Origin: Gammaproteobacteria bacterium
GTDB lineage: Bacteria; Pseudomonadota; Gammaproteobacteria; Pseudomonadales; Pseudohongiellaceae
NCBI GenBank assembly: GCA_029244985.1
Contig: JAQWQD010000010.1
Coordinates: forward strand, 155,828-219,827
DNA length: 64,000 bases
Direction of reading: 5' to 3'
Shown here: one piece after another, positions 33,912 to 47,713 of the stretch
How the letters are laid out: the number at the start of each line of letters is the position of its first letter
Position numbering within the stretch: the stretch's first letter is position 1
Position numbers and translations under genes: made by a program
The notes under the pieces: generated by a model
Database searches by the model: none
What the model saw: the letters and a program-made list of their open reading frames with translations, nothing else
Told to the model about the DNA's origin: nothing

Positions 33912-34750
33912 TTTCCTGCCTCGTACTTTCTAATTGCTTAAACCTGGGAGCAATTAACAAAATCTATCCCGGGCGAAAAAAGAGCTGCGTTTTATACCAA
34001 AACACCCCTGAAAAAGCAAGGTACTATCTAAAATGCTCACTTCAAAACATGCTGGATCATTCCACCCCCACCCCGCTATTTACGCCTTGTCCAAGCGCTT
34101 ACGCAAAAGCGTGATCCAACAGCAAATCCACGTTCGCGCCAATAACTATATAACCCAACAAACACATTAATCAAAGCTAATACTAGTTGGAATCTTTTAG
34201 TAATAACGGTATCTGGCTCGGTTCCAACCGGCCAGAAGGGTGGCCGCTAACGGAGATTATTGCCACCCCATTTAGTGCAATATAGCGATTAAAACTTCTC
34301 GGGGGCAGAAAGCAACATTATCAATCGCGCATTTGAATAATTCTTCAAACCCTAAAACCGCGTGCTTAAAATTAAGAAAGGTCACTCTGCAAACATCAAG
34401 ATCGCAATAACAAAAACGAGAATTTACAGAATTCTTGATTTTATCAGATAATGTGAATGCTTACTTACACATAAGGGCTTGTAAATGCTAGCTTCAGCCA
34501 AGTTTATTAATTGCTTTAAAGTATCCTAATTTCGCTGGTATCGTTAAATAAATGCGCTGATTCTCTCGCTTTTAGGTATGAATTTAATCGACAAAAGGTG
34601 CTCTTTTACAAATTACTTTCTTTATGTAATCGCTATTAAAAGCTAGTCTCTTGCATAGAAAGTACCCTAATTTGTCTGCAAATTGATTCAATCTAAGCTT
34701 GCTGCTAGTCTAGCTCTCCCACTAAGAAACCAGATTTTTCAGCGGTTCCC

Positions 34751-35946
34751 ATGTTAAGCCTCACTAACAAACGCATACTTCTTGGTATCACGGGCGGCAT
34801 AGCTGCCTATAAATGTGCCGAGCTAACACGACTTTTTTCAAAAGCGGGCGCCGAGGTAAGAGTGGCGATGACAAAAGCAGCAACCGAATTTATTACGCCA
34901 TTAACTATGCAGGCGCTGTCAGGCAATCGAGTTTCACTAGATTTGCTCGATACTGATGCTGAAGCCGCAATGGGGCATATCGAGTTAGCTCGTTGGGCTG
35001 ACCTAGTTATCATTGCGCCAGCCACCGCCGACTTTATTGCACGAGTCAGTCATGGCCAGGCAGACGATATCCTCACTACTTTAGTCCTTGCAACTGTAGC
35101 GCCAATCGCTATCGCACCAGCAATGAATCAAGTGATGTGGTCAGATTCTGGCACCCAAGAAAACCTTAGCGCACTTTCTGATCGCGGTTACCACATCTTT
35201 GGTCCAGCATCAGGTGAGCAAGCCTGCGGAGATGTTGGCCCCGGTCGAATGCTGGAACCTCAGCAACTGCTGCAACACTGTGGAAATCTCTTTGATGTTG
35301 GTCGGTTTGCTGGTCTAAGATTGCTGATTACCGGCGGTCCAACCCGAGAAGCTATCGACCCGGTTAGGTTCATAAGTAATCACAGTTCCGGAAAAATGGC
35401 ATTTGCCTTAGCACAAGAGGCTGCGGCAGCAGGTGCTCAAGTTATGCTTGTAAGTGGTCCAGTAAATTTAGCGACACCAGATTCTGTATCCAGAATTGAT
35501 GTAGAAAGCGCCGAAGATATGTTAGCCGCCGTTATGGACAACATTAGCGGGACGAATGTATTTATTGGAGTAGCTGCCGTTGCAGACTACCGACCCAAAC
35601 AATTGGCACATGAAAAGATTAAAAAGGGCGATGAGGATTTAACTCTTTCCCTAATTAAGAGCCCAGATATTATTAGTGAAGTCGCGAAGTTGAGTAAAGG
35701 CCCATTTACAGTCGGATTTGCTGCTGAAACAAATTCTATAGTCGAGAATGGCAAAAAAAAACTTCTAAGTAAAAAACTTGACCTCCTTTTCGCGAATAAC
35801 GCGACCGAATCTTTCAATAGCGATTCCATATCATTGACAGCAATTACTTCTGAAAACGAATTCGAAATTGCTACTGCAAACAAAAATGTTGTTGCGCAAG
35901 AAATCTTAAAGCTAATTTCTGAAAGAATAAATTCTAAATCAGCAGA

Positions 35947-35950
<4 letters not shown>
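34751..35950 (+). CDS. coaBC: Bifunctional phosphopantothenoylcysteine decarboxylase / phosphopantothenate-cysteine ligase
   Basis: ILLGITGGIAAYK, PAMN..MW, ITGGPT.E.IDPVR.ISN.SSGKM and ADYRP are Dfp signatures. Confidence 0.95.
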
Positions 35951-38252
<2,302 letters not shown>

Positions 38253-38316
38253 AAATCAGCAATAATGTAAAAGCGTAAAACCTAACCACAAACAGTAAAA
38301 ATGGATACTATTCTCG

Positions 38317-38940
38317 ATGGAAACTAGCGGCAAAACATCACGTAAAGACCAAATCCTTCAGGCTTTGGCTCGCATGCTAGAAACTTGTCCCGGCGGGCGT
38401 ATTACGACTGCAGCCCTCGCGAAAGAGGTGGGTGTATCCGAGGCTGCGCTTTATAGACATTTCCCGAGCAAAGCAAGAATGTTTGAGGGCTTAATAAAAT
38501 TTATCGAAGAGACACTTTTCCAGCGGATTTCTCGTATCTTAATTGAAGAGTCCGGGGCAGAAATTCGTTGCCAAAAAATTCTAACATTGTTGCTAACCTT
38601 TTCTTACAAAAATCCTGGCATGACTCGCTTGCTTACCGGCGACGCATTAACGGGGGAGACTGAACGCCTGCGGGAGCGAATCGCACAGTTCTATAGCCGG
38701 ATCGAAGCACAATTAAAGCAGGTATTGCGAGAAGCGCAGATTCGCGAAAACTTAAAGCCAACCACTTCGCCAGCAGCCCTAGCGAATTTATTGTTAGCTT
38801 CTGCGGAAGGCAGGCTACTGCAATTCGTACGTAGTGAATTTAAACAATCGCCGCTAGAAAATTGGGACACTCAATGGGAGTTCCTAAGTAAAGATCTACT
38901 AGCACCTTTTACAGCAACGACTTCTGCAACTGTTGTTTGA
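38317..38940 (+). CDS. slmA: Nucleoid occlusion factor SlmA (TetR family)
   Basis: [14 protein letters not shown]....[42 protein letters not shown] is near-identical in pattern to SlmA. Conserved position next to pyrE. Confidence 0.85.
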   Translation: METSGKTSRKDQILQALARMLETCPGGRITTAALAKEVGVSEAALYRHFPSKARMFEGLIKFIEETLFQRISRILIEESGAEIRCQKILTLLLTFSYKNPGMTRLLTGDALTGETERLRERIAQFYSRIEAQLKQVLREAQIRENLKPTTSPAALANLLLASAEGRLLQFVRSEFKQSPLENWDTQWEFLSKDLLAPFTATTSATVV

Positions 38941-39016
38941 TATTCTAATAACTCTTAATTATTTCAAAAAGTCTGAGAATTTTTTACCACTCAAACGTAC
39001 ATACATAGACTTAGCT

Positions 39017-39667
39017 TCAGATTCCAAACTCTTGTCGATACTTTGTAACTGCGACTAAATGTTGTTGCAGAAAATTATCACTCGCTGCTTCGAGAAAATC
39101 GATAATATTTTGTAGGTTAATTATATTTACAACTTTGATCTGATAGTTTTCTTCAATTTCTTGTATAGCCGAAAGCTCTCCAGTTCCTTTTTCCTGTCGA
39201 TCCATTGCTACTGCTACTCCACTTAGCTCGGCCCCATTGGCATGTAAAATTTCCATAGCCTCTTTGATTGCGGTTCCGGCCGTGATGACATCATCAATAA
39301 TCAAAACTCTACCTGCAAGTTCCGCACCGACGATAAGGCCGCCCTCACCATGATCTTTTACTTCCTTTCGATTAAAACAAAAAGGTTTGTCCGCCCCGTG
39401 ATTGTCAGCAAGGGCTATCGATGTAGCTGCAGCTAGGGGAATTCCTTTGTAAGCAGGCCCAAACAAGACATCAAATTGTTGATTGGAATTAGCGATTGCG
39501 GCGGCATAACACTTAGCTAAGAACGCTAACTTGCGACCAGTATTGAAAAGCCCAGCATTAAAAAAATAGGGGCTCACTCTCCCAGACTTTAAAGTAAATT
39601 CGCCGAATCGCAGAATCTTATCTTTAATAACAAATTCTAAAAACTCTGATTGGAAATCTTGCATCAC
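39017..39667 (-). CDS. pyrE: Orotate phosphoribosyltransferase
   Basis: [16 protein letters not shown] and PRPP loop [13 protein letters not shown]. Confidence 0.95.
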   Translation of the reverse strand: MMQDFQSEFLEFVIKDKILRFGEFTLKSGRVSPYFFNAGLFNTGRKLAFLAKCYAAAIANSNQQFDVLFGPAYKGIPLAAATSIALADNHGADKPFCFNRKEVKDHGEGGLIVGAELAGRVLIIDDVITAGTAIKEAMEILHANGAELSGVAVAMDRQEKGTGELSAIQEIEENYQIKVVNIINLQNIIDFLEAASDNFLQQHLVAVTKYRQEFGI

Positions 39668-39681
39668 ATTTCCTAATAAAA

Positions 39682-40416
39682 TTAAACTGCAGTACTCAGT
39701 GCTCCGTGCTGCTTACCAATTAGTGTTTGAATTCCTGCATCTGCGAGACCTATCATTTCCTGCAATTGGCTATAAGAAAAATCGCCGTCTTCACCAGTAC
39801 CTTGAATCTCAATGAACCCTCCAGATTCTGTCATAACAACATTCATGTCAGTTTCAGCGGAAGAGTCTTCAATATAGTCTAGGTCGAGTATCGCTTTGCC
39901 CTGGCGAATTCCTACAGATATCGAGGCGATCATTTGCTTAAATGGAGATTCCATAACCATGCTCTTCGACAGCATATAACTTATCGCGTCATGCAAGGCG
40001 ACACAGCCACCCGTTATTGATGCTGTGCGTGTTCCACCATCAGCCTGAATTACATCACAATCGACCTTGATCGTATGTTCTCCGAGGGCTTTTAAATCAA
40101 CAGCAGCTCGCAGAGAGCGGCCAATTAGGCGCTGAATTTCCAAACTACGGCCAGTTTGCTTGCCACGGGCCGCTTCTCTATCCATCCGAGTGTTGGTGGA
40201 GCGAGGCAGCATGCCATACTCTGCAGTTACCCACCCCCGTCCCGTACCTTTTAAAAATCGAGGGACAGACGTCTCAACGCTGGCGTTACAGAGGACCTTG
40301 GTCGCTCCGAATTCTACTAATACCGAACCTTCCGCGTGCTTGGTATAGCTCCGGGTTATGTTAACGGTCCGCAAATCATTGGCGCTGCGATTACTTGGGC
40401 GAGAAGGCTCTGACAT
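39682..40416 (-). CDS. rph: Ribonuclease PH
   Basis: [40 protein letters not shown] and [18 protein letters not shown]. The start is taken at the ATG at 40416 ([11 protein letters not shown]...). The ORF-track start is 6 codons upstream. Confidence 0.95.
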   Translation of the reverse strand: MSEPSRPSNRSANDLRTVNITRSYTKHAEGSVLVEFGATKVLCNASVETSVPRFLKGTGRGWVTAEYGMLPRSTNTRMDREAARGKQTGRSLEIQRLIGRSLRAAVDLKALGEHTIKVDCDVIQADGGTRTASITGGCVALHDAISYMLSKSMVMESPFKQMIASISVGIRQGKAILDLDYIEDSSAETDMNVVMTESGGFIEIQGTGEDGDFSYSQLQEMIGLADAGIQTLIGKQHGALSTAV

Positions 40417-40562
40417 CAGCTTATTATATTCCACAAAAAAAGATGATGCGGATTATCCTTGAAAAGAGTTGCGGTTGCGAGCCCAGTAGTATTTAGATTG
40501 GTAACTGTGTTTAGGCACGTAATAAGTTAGAATGAAGGCTATCCGGATTTGAGCTACAAATT

Positions 40563-41429
40563 ATGACTTTCAGTATGACTGCTTTCTCCAGGCAGCAAAT
40601 AGATAAGGAATGGGGCTCCCTTACTTGGGAAATACGTTCCGTAAATCATCGGTATTTAGAAACCAGTGTCAGGCTTCCAGAATCTTTCCGCGGATTAGAA
40701 AATTCAGTTCGGGAAGCTATCCGCAAAAAATTGAATCGCGGCAAAGTTGAGTGCCAATTGCGATTTCAACCAGCCGAAGCTGGTCAAACAGATTTGCAAA
40801 TAAACAAGGAACTCATCGAAACGCTGGTTCAGGCGAATATTGAAATTCAAAAACTGACCAGCACTGAATCACAACTCAGTTCCGCAGAGATCTTACGCTG
40901 GCCTGGAGTCATTGTAGATCAAAATTTCGATAGTGAAATAATCGCCGCTGAAGCACTAGCTCTTTTTAAAATAGCTCTAGACGAGTTAATTAGCTCACGC
41001 CAAAGAGAAGGAGGTGCACTTAAAGGATTTGTAATCCAGAGAATCGAGGCGATACGAGAAATAGTTTCAAGTATCCGAGAAAAAATGCCTGAAATCATAA
41101 ATGGTCAACGAAAAAACTTGTTAGGCCGGCTGGCTGATCTTAAAGCAGAACTAGAACCGACGCGTCTAGAGCAGGAGATAGCAATACTTGCACAAAAAGC
41201 TGACGTCGACGAAGAGCTGGACCGGCTTGACTCTCACCTAAGCGAAGTTGAAAGAGTTGTTGCATCTGCTGGGCAAAAAGGCCGCCGTCTCGACTTTCTG
41301 ATGCAGGAGCTAAATAGAGAAGCAAATACTCTTTCTTCAAAATCAATTGTTGTAGATACAACCCTTGGTGCTGTCGAGCTGAAAGTGCTGATAGAGCAAA
41401 TGCGTGAACAGATTCAGAACATAGAATGA
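40563..41429 (+). CDS. yicC: YicC-family stress-induced protein
   Basis: SMTAFSR, W.WEIRSVNHRYLE and C-terminal GRRLDFLMQELNREANTL.SKS. Divergent from rph as in other gammaproteobacteria. Confidence 0.9.
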   Translation: MTFSMTAFSRQQIDKEWGSLTWEIRSVNHRYLETSVRLPESFRGLENSVREAIRKKLNRGKVECQLRFQPAEAGQTDLQINKELIETLVQANIEIQKLTSTESQLSSAEILRWPGVIVDQNFDSEIIAAEALALFKIALDELISSRQREGGALKGFVIQRIEAIREIVSSIREKMPEIINGQRKNLLGRLADLKAELEPTRLEQEIAILAQKADVDEELDRLDSHLSEVERVVASAGQKGRRLDFLMQELNREANTLSSKSIVVDTTLGAVELKVLIEQMREQIQNIE

Positions 41430-42043
41430 ATTTAGGAAAACTATTCATAATAACCGCGCCTTCCGGAGCTGGGAAAACTACGCTTGTTCACGCACTAGTA
41501 AGCCAAGATAAAAACCTATGCGTATCAGTTTCGCATACGACTCGGCCTGCTAGAGTGGGTGAAGAAAATGGCATTAATTACCATTTCATCGAAAAATCAG
41601 AATTCACAACGAGGCTATCGGAAGGCGATTTTTTGGAATCGGCAGAGGTCTATGGTTATCATTATGGCACCTCCAAGCTTTGGGTTAGTGAACAACTAAA
41701 TAAAGGGCTCGATGTCATCCTAGAAATTGATTGGCAAGGCGCACAGCAAATTCGCAAGCTCTATCCTGACACTTGTTCAATTTTCATTTTACCCCCTTCC
41801 ATAGAAGCTTTAACGGAGCGATTAACAGAAAGAGCCCAAGACGATAGCGAAACCATCGATAACCGCATGCAGCAAGCCCAAGGGGTGATGGAGCACGTTG
41901 CCGAGGCTAACTTCGTCGTGGTAAATGATGATTTTCAGTCGGCACTTCAAGATATTCGCGCAATAATTAGATCCCAGCGACTGGTAGTCACTTCTCAGCA
42001 AAGTAGTTTGAGCGACCTGCTTAGCAGCCTGGTAAAGGGCTAA
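41426..42043 (+). CDS. gmk: Guanylate kinase
   Basis: APSGAGKTTL, SHTTRP.R.GE..G..YHF and E.A.V.G..YGT. Confidence 0.95.
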   Translation: MNLGKLFIITAPSGAGKTTLVHALVSQDKNLCVSVSHTTRPARVGEENGINYHFIEKSEFTTRLSEGDFLESAEVYGYHYGTSKLWVSEQLNKGLDVILEIDWQGAQQIRKLYPDTCSIFILPPSIEALTERLTERAQDDSETIDNRMQQAQGVMEHVAEANFVVVNDDFQSALQDIRAIIRSQRLVVTSQQSSLSDLLSSLVKG

Positions 42044-42249
42044 TCAGCCCTTTCGCTCGCTTACGCCTGGAAGTGATGCAATTTTGAAAGGAATTCTGTA
42101 GAATCCCGGGTCCTTTCAGATAGGACCCAAGAGGGACTAGTAAGGTCGCAAGCGAGCAAGCTCAATTCACAAAGTCATTATTTTTGCGACTATTTCGCCC
42201 AAACTTATATTAGTTAACAATTACCCAATGGCGTTTTTAAGGTTCGGAT

Positions 42250-42597
42250 ATGGCAAGAATTACGGTAGAAGATTGTTTAGACAAAGTAGACAACCGATTT
42301 GAGTTAGTGATGGTTTCTAGCAAACGAGCCCGTCAGCTTCAAATTGGAGGTAAGGACCCCTTGGTATCAGTAGATAATGACAAGCCAACTGTCATTGCCC
42401 TTCGAGAAATCGCCGATGGTTTTGTTAACGCGGCTATTCTTGCAGAAAAGCCAAGCGTTGAGCTGGATGACGTCGAAGAAGAGCTAGAAGAAGCTGCTGC
42501 CGCTGTCGCCGCGGTTGACAAAAAGGCTGAAATTGAAAAGGCTACTGCTGAAGATTCTGCTGGCGAAAAGGACGAACAGTCTCCATCTGAAAGCTAA
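42250..42597 (+). CDS. rpoZ: RNA polymerase omega subunit
   Basis: [30 protein letters not shown], with an acidic C-terminal tail. Confidence 0.95.
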   Translation: MARITVEDCLDKVDNRFELVMVSSKRARQLQIGGKDPLVSVDNDKPTVIALREIADGFVNAAILAEKPSVELDDVEEELEEAAAAVAAVDKKAEIEKATAEDSAGEKDEQSPSES

Positions 42598-42614
42598 CCT
42601 TAAGGATTCGAGTC

Positions 42615-44795
42615 TTGCAAGTTGCTACTTTAGACAACATCGACTCCCTTGCTGATGGTCTTTCTAACTATCTTGGGAAAGACCAAGTAAACAGCGTACG
42701 CCGTGCTTATTTTTATGCACAGCAGGCCCATGACGGACAGTTTCGTCGAAGCGGCGATCCCTATGTTACGCACCCTCTCGCCGTTGCCTCAATTCTTAGT
42801 GAAATGCATATGGATCATCAGAGCTTGATGGCTGCCATGCTACATGACGTAATTGAAGATACCGGAATTACTAAGACAGCCATTAAATCTCAATTTGGCA
42901 ACACAGTTGCTGACTTGGTCGATGGTGTAAGCAAGCTTAATAAAATCACTTTTAGTTCGCGAGCAGAGGCGCAAGCGGAAAATTTCCAGAAAATGGCCAT
43001 GGCCATGGCTAAAGATCTGCGAGTGATTTTGGTAAAAATTGCTGATCGGCTACATAACATGCGTACCTTGGATGTATTGGCACCAGATAAGCGTCGTCGT
43101 ATCGCACGAGAAACCCTCGACATATATGCACCAATTGCAAACCGTTTAGGTATGAATAATATCAGGGTTGAGTTTGAAGAATTGGGGTTTAGTGCTTTGT
43201 ATCCTATGCGGGCTAATCGAATTAGTGCGGCAGTTAAACGCATCCGTGGAAATCGTAAGGAGATAGTTAGTCAGATTCAGACATCATTAGAGGCGTGTCT
43301 TGAGCGTGAGGAGCTACCTGGCTGGACAACCGGCCGCGAGAAACATCTTTATAGCATTTATGAAAAAATGCGCAGCAAGCGTAAATCTTTTTCCGAGATA
43401 ATGGATGTGTATGCTTTTCGAATTATTGTTGATCGTGTTGACACGTGCTATCGAGTGTTAGGCGCTGTTCACAGCTTGTACAAACCGGTTCCCGGACGCT
43501 TTAAAGACTATATCGCAATCCCTAAAGCAAACGGCTATCAATCATTGCATACGACGCTTTTCGGAATGCATGGTGTCCCCATTGAAATCCAAATTCGCAC
43601 CGAAGAGATGGAAGCGATGGCAAACAATGGCATCTCCTCCCATTGGCTCTATAAGGCCAGTGATGATCTGCCGAGTAACGCACATATACGCGCAAGGGAA
43701 TGGGTGAATGGCTTATTGGAAATGCAAAAACATGCAGGCAACTCACTAGAGTTTATTGAAAACGTAAAGATTGATTTGTTTCCGGATGAAATCTATTTGT
43801 TCACGCCTAAGGGACAAATTTTTGAATTACCAGCTGGTTCAACCGCCGTAGATTTTGCTTATGCTATTCACACAGACGTTGGTAATTCTTGTGTTGCCTG
43901 TCGTATAAGTCGTCGCCTCGCTCCATTAAGCGAACCTTTACAAAGTGGCCAAACCGTGGAGATTATTACTGCGCCTGGCACTCAGCCGAATCCTGCCTGG
44001 CTAAGTTTCGTAGTAACCGGCAAAGCTCGAAGTAATATCCGCCATTATCTGAAGAATCAAAAACACTCCGAATCTGTGGCATTGGGAAGAAGATTGCTTA
44101 ATAAGGCTTTGGCTGGATTCGGAGCCCAGGTCGATTCGGTTCCGAAAGAAAATATCGACGCAGTTTTACAGCAAATCAATTTGAAATCAGTAGAACAATT
44201 ACTGGAAGAAATTGGGCTAGGCAATCGCATGTCTTACATGATCGCTCAAAGGCTCGCTGCACATGGCAATGTCTCTTCTTCTGATGAACAAACCGAGTCG
44301 AGAAACCAGGACACTCTTGCTATTCGAGGCTCTGAAGGCATGGTTATGAATTATGCGAAATGTTGCCATCCCATTCCTGGCGACCCTATTGTTGGCCACA
44401 TTAGTTCCGGGCGTGGCATGGTAATTCATACTGACGATTGTAATAACATCTCAGACATCCGAGACAACCCAGAGAAATGCCTTGAAGTGACTTGGGATAC
44501 AGAAGTTGAGGGAGAGTTTTCTGTCGAACTTCAAGTCGAATTGGAGAATCAGCGAGGCATCATTGCAACACTGGCCACAACCATCACAGGGGCAGAAGCA
44601 AATATTGAGAAAATAAGCACGCTCGAACGAGACGCTCGCTTTAGTATTGTTAATTTGTCGTTAAACGTAAAAAATCGTGTACATCTAGCGAGAGTAATGA
44701 AGCGTGTGCGACTTATCAAACCTGTTAGCCGTGTTACTCGAGTTAAAAGTCGCAAAGTAAAAAAGACTATAAAGCATGCTTTAGGAGCCCATTAA
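42615..44795 (+). CDS. spoT: Bifunctional (p)ppGpp synthetase/hydrolase
   Basis: Intact HD hydrolase motif (HPLAVA...LHDVIEDT), a RelA_SpoT synthetase region (YIA.PK.NGYQSLHT), and TGS and ACT regions. Immediately follows rpoZ. TTG start. Confidence 0.9.
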   Translation: MQVATLDNIDSLADGLSNYLGKDQVNSVRRAYFYAQQAHDGQFRRSGDPYVTHPLAVASILSEMHMDHQSLMAAMLHDVIEDTGITKTAIKSQFGNTVADLVDGVSKLNKITFSSRAEAQAENFQKMAMAMAKDLRVILVKIADRLHNMRTLDVLAPDKRRRIARETLDIYAPIANRLGMNNIRVEFEELGFSALYPMRANRISAAVKRIRGNRKEIVSQIQTSLEACLEREELPGWTTGREKHLYSIYEKMRSKRKSFSEIMDVYAFRIIVDRVDTCYRVLGAVHSLYKPVPGRFKDYIAIPKANGYQSLHTTLFGMHGVPIEIQIRTEEMEAMANNGISSHWLYKASDDLPSNAHIRAREWVNGLLEMQKHAGNSLEFIENVKIDLFPDEIYLFTPKGQIFELPAGSTAVDFAYAIHTDVGNSCVACRISRRLAPLSEPLQSGQTVEIITAPGTQPNPAWLSFVVTGKARSNIRHYLKNQKHSESVALGRRLLNKALAGFGAQVDSVPKENIDAVLQQINLKSVEQLLEEIGLGNRMSYMIAQRLAAHGNVSSSDEQTESRNQDTLAIRGSEGMVMNYAKCCHPIPGDPIVGHISSGRGMVIHTDDCNNISDIRDNPEKCLEVTWDTEVEGEFSVELQVELENQRGIIATLATTITGAEANIEKISTLERDARFSIVNLSLNVKNRVHLARVMKRVRLIKPVSRVTRVKSRKVKKTIKHALGAH

Positions 44796-45178
44796 TGAAA
44801 GAAAAAAAAGCCATTCAAACATCTAATGCTCCGGCAGCAATTGGGCCATACTCACAGGCTATTAAGAGTGGCTCTTTAGTTTTTATCTCTGGTCAAATTC
44901 CTCTAGACCCATCCTCTATGGAGCTAGTCGATAGCAGCATTAGTGAACAGTCCGAGCAGGTTTTTAAAAATTTAAGTGCGGTTGCAAAAGCAGCTGGCGG
45001 GTCACTAAACGATATTGTGAAGCTTACAATTTTTCTTACTGACTTAAATGAGTTTGGTGTTGTAAATGAAATAATGGCCGCGCACTTTAACAAACCGTAT
45101 CCTGCACGAGCAACAATTGAAGTAAGCGCGTTGCCGAAAGGCGCGGCCATCGAGGTAGAGGCGATCTTGTCAACCTAG
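44795..45178 (+). CDS. ridA: RidA/YjgF-family reactive intermediate deaminase
   Basis: APAAIGPYSQAIK.G.LVF.SGQIPLDP and PARATIEV..LPKGA.IE. TAATG overlap with spoT. Confidence 0.9.
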   Translation: MKEKKAIQTSNAPAAIGPYSQAIKSGSLVFISGQIPLDPSSMELVDSSISEQSEQVFKNLSAVAKAAGGSLNDIVKLTIFLTDLNEFGVVNEIMAAHFNKPYPARATIEVSALPKGAAIEVEAILST

Positions 45179-45340
45179 ATTGTTTATTTAATTCTTTGTT
45201 GTGCTTATTATTTAAGCTAGTCTCGGGTAAGAAAAGTATCTCCTTTTAAATATTTTCATTTCTAGCGGAGCTTAATAAAAGTCCATATACTCTGCTATAG
45301 GCCTTTTCGTTTTCAGACCTCCTTCACTTTTATCCTGACT

Positions 45341-47428
45341 ATGACCGATCCTTCTCTGGACAAAATTCCTATAACACAATTAAAAGGGGTTGGTCCCGCT
45401 CTAGAAAAAAAGTTTAATCTGATAGGTATCTACAATGTTCAAGATCTTTTGTTCCATCTGCCTTTTCGTTATGAGGATCGAACTCACGTTCATCAAATCG
45501 AAAATATTGAAGTAGGTGATCATGTGCAGCTTCAAGGCGAAGTCCTTTCCAGTAACATTCAATTTGGACGTCGCAGAAGCCTGCAATGTATATTGCAAGA
45601 CAAAACTGGCTTTATCAGCCTGCGGTTTTTTCATTTTAGTGCGGCACAGAAAAAATCTCTCTCCCCCGGCCAATTGATTCGATGCTATGGGGAGGCAAAG
45701 CGTGGCAGATCCGGGTTGGAGATCTATCACCCGGAATATAAAATTATGCCAGATTTTAATTCCATTCCTGTTGCAGAATCATTAACTCCAGTTTATCCAA
45801 CCACAGAAGGGTTGCAGCAAACCAGGTTACGAAACGTGATTTATCAAGCCTTGTCTTTGATGGAACATTCCCCTGCTGTTCAAGATTATTTACCAACTGC
45901 TATGGTTAAAAATCTGGCACTAGATAATCTTACTGATGCAGTCAAATTTCTGCATAAGCCACCAATCGAGGCGCCTTCAAGCTGGACTAGCTCAGGGGTT
46001 AATCCCGGCAAGAAACGTTTAGCATTTGAGGAGTTACTGGCACATCGCTTATGTATGCGGCGATTTCGGAATGTATCCGATGAACAAAAAGCGCCTACGC
46101 TAAAAGCCAAAGATGAGCTGTTATCCACCTTTCTCAAAAGTTTGCCCTTTACGCTGACTAACGCTCAACAAAAGACCTACCGAGAGATTTCAAATGACCT
46201 AAATGGCGCCTGTCCAATGTTACGCTTACTACAAGGAGATGTTGGGTCGGGTAAAACCGTAGTCGCTGCTCTAACAGCTCTACATGCAATCAGTTGTGGT
46301 TATCAAGTTGCCTTAATGGCTCCCACAGAAATTCTTGCTGAGCAGCACTTAACTAATTTTGGACAGTGGTTTACTCCATTAGGAATTAATGTTGGCTGGT
46401 TAAGTGGAAAAACCAAAGGCGCATCTAGAACACAGCAGTTACTTGAATTGACGAATGGTGAATGTCAGCTACTTATAGGAACGCACGCTTTGTTTCAAGA
46501 TGAAGTAGTTTATAAGAAGTTAGGACTAATCATTATTGATGAACAACATCGATTTGGTGTTCATCAACGCCTAGCGCTTCGAGACAAAGCTTCCGCTGGT
46601 GCGGTTAATCCGCATCAGTTAGTGATGACTGCAACACCGATACCTCGTACTTTGGCAATGAGCGCCTACGCCGACCTTGATAGTTCGGTAATTAATGAGT
46701 TGCCACCTGGACGGACACCAGTGAACACCGCGATTATTTCAAGTACCAAGCGTGAAGAGGTTATCAAGCGGATAAAAATGGCGTGCGGGAAAGGGAATCA
46801 AGCCTACTGGGTGTGCACCCTTATTGAGGAATCTGATGCGCTTCAATGTGAAGCTGCGGAAGCTACTACAGAAAAGTTGCACCGCTTGTTGCCTCTCATT
46901 AGCGTTGGCCTTATACATGGAAGAATGAAGCCGAAAGAAAAAGTGGCAGTAATGGCCAAATTTAAACTTGGTGAAATTCAATTATTGGTAGCAACAACTG
47001 TCATTGAAGTGGGCGTCGATGTACCAAATGCAAGCTTAATGGTAATCGAAAACCCGGAACGATTGGGGCTGGCGCAGCTACATCAATTACGAGGTCGCAT
47101 TGGACGCGGCAGTATTCAAAGTCACTGCATTCTCTTATATCAAACTCCGCTGTCCAATGCGGGCAAACAGAGACTGTCCGTTATGCGGGATAGCACCGAT
47201 GGGTTTTATATTGCAGAAAAAGATTTGGAACTTAGAGGGCCAGGCCAAGTGCTCGGAACGCAGCAGACAGGGCTAATGAGCTTTCGCGTCGCGGACATAG
47301 CACGGGACGCACCTCTGCTGGATATCGTCAAAGACGCGTCAGAAACTATTCTACAAAACCATGAGGAAATAGTGGAACCCCTTATATCGCGCTGGCTGGG
47401 GGAGCGAGAACATTATGCGAATGTATAA
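45341..47428 (+). CDS. recG: ATP-dependent DNA helicase RecG
   Basis: F.LT..Q, Walker A GDVGSGKT, DEQHRFGV, MTATPIPRTL and QLHQLRGR.GRG. Confidence 0.95.
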   Translation: MTDPSLDKIPITQLKGVGPALEKKFNLIGIYNVQDLLFHLPFRYEDRTHVHQIENIEVGDHVQLQGEVLSSNIQFGRRRSLQCILQDKTGFISLRFFHFSAAQKKSLSPGQLIRCYGEAKRGRSGLEIYHPEYKIMPDFNSIPVAESLTPVYPTTEGLQQTRLRNVIYQALSLMEHSPAVQDYLPTAMVKNLALDNLTDAVKFLHKPPIEAPSSWTSSGVNPGKKRLAFEELLAHRLCMRRFRNVSDEQKAPTLKAKDELLSTFLKSLPFTLTNAQQKTYREISNDLNGACPMLRLLQGDVGSGKTVVAALTALHAISCGYQVALMAPTEILAEQHLTNFGQWFTPLGINVGWLSGKTKGASRTQQLLELTNGECQLLIGTHALFQDEVVYKKLGLIIIDEQHRFGVHQRLALRDKASAGAVNPHQLVMTATPIPRTLAMSAYADLDSSVINELPPGRTPVNTAIISSTKREEVIKRIKMACGKGNQAYWVCTLIEESDALQCEAAEATTEKLHRLLPLISVGLIHGRMKPKEKVAVMAKFKLGEIQLLVATTVIEVGVDVPNASLMVIENPERLGLAQLHQLRGRIGRGSIQSHCILLYQTPLSNAGKQRLSVMRDSTDGFYIAEKDLELRGPGQVLGTQQTGLMSFRVADIARDAPLLDIVKDASETILQNHEEIVEPLISRWLGEREHYANV

Positions 47429-47713
47429 GGCATCTAACGCCATCGAAACCCTAGATAAATTCTCAAAATGGCCAGCCTACGATTTTTATCTACAGGTGGT
47501 GTAATTTATGCCCACAGGAAAAAATGAAATGGTAAAACAAATTGTCGATTTTCGGATTGAGATAGATACAGTATCATCTGATTTTCTTAGTTAAAGAAGT
47601 ATCGCAGCTCGACTTTATTGGAAAAGGAAAATTCAATTTAGGATTTCTACTTATCCCAAAATCTTTTATGCTACAGTTTAAAACCAGATAGTGGCTTCCC
47701 TGTAGTAGCAATC

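Noticed and set aside
47429-47713. A 28-aa ORF (MPTGKNEMVKQIVDFRIEIDTVSSDFLS) in the recG-ubiA spacer, where ubiC might have been expected
   Set aside because: It is too short, has no convincing RBS and shows no resemblance to chorismate lyase. I treat it as a chance ORF.
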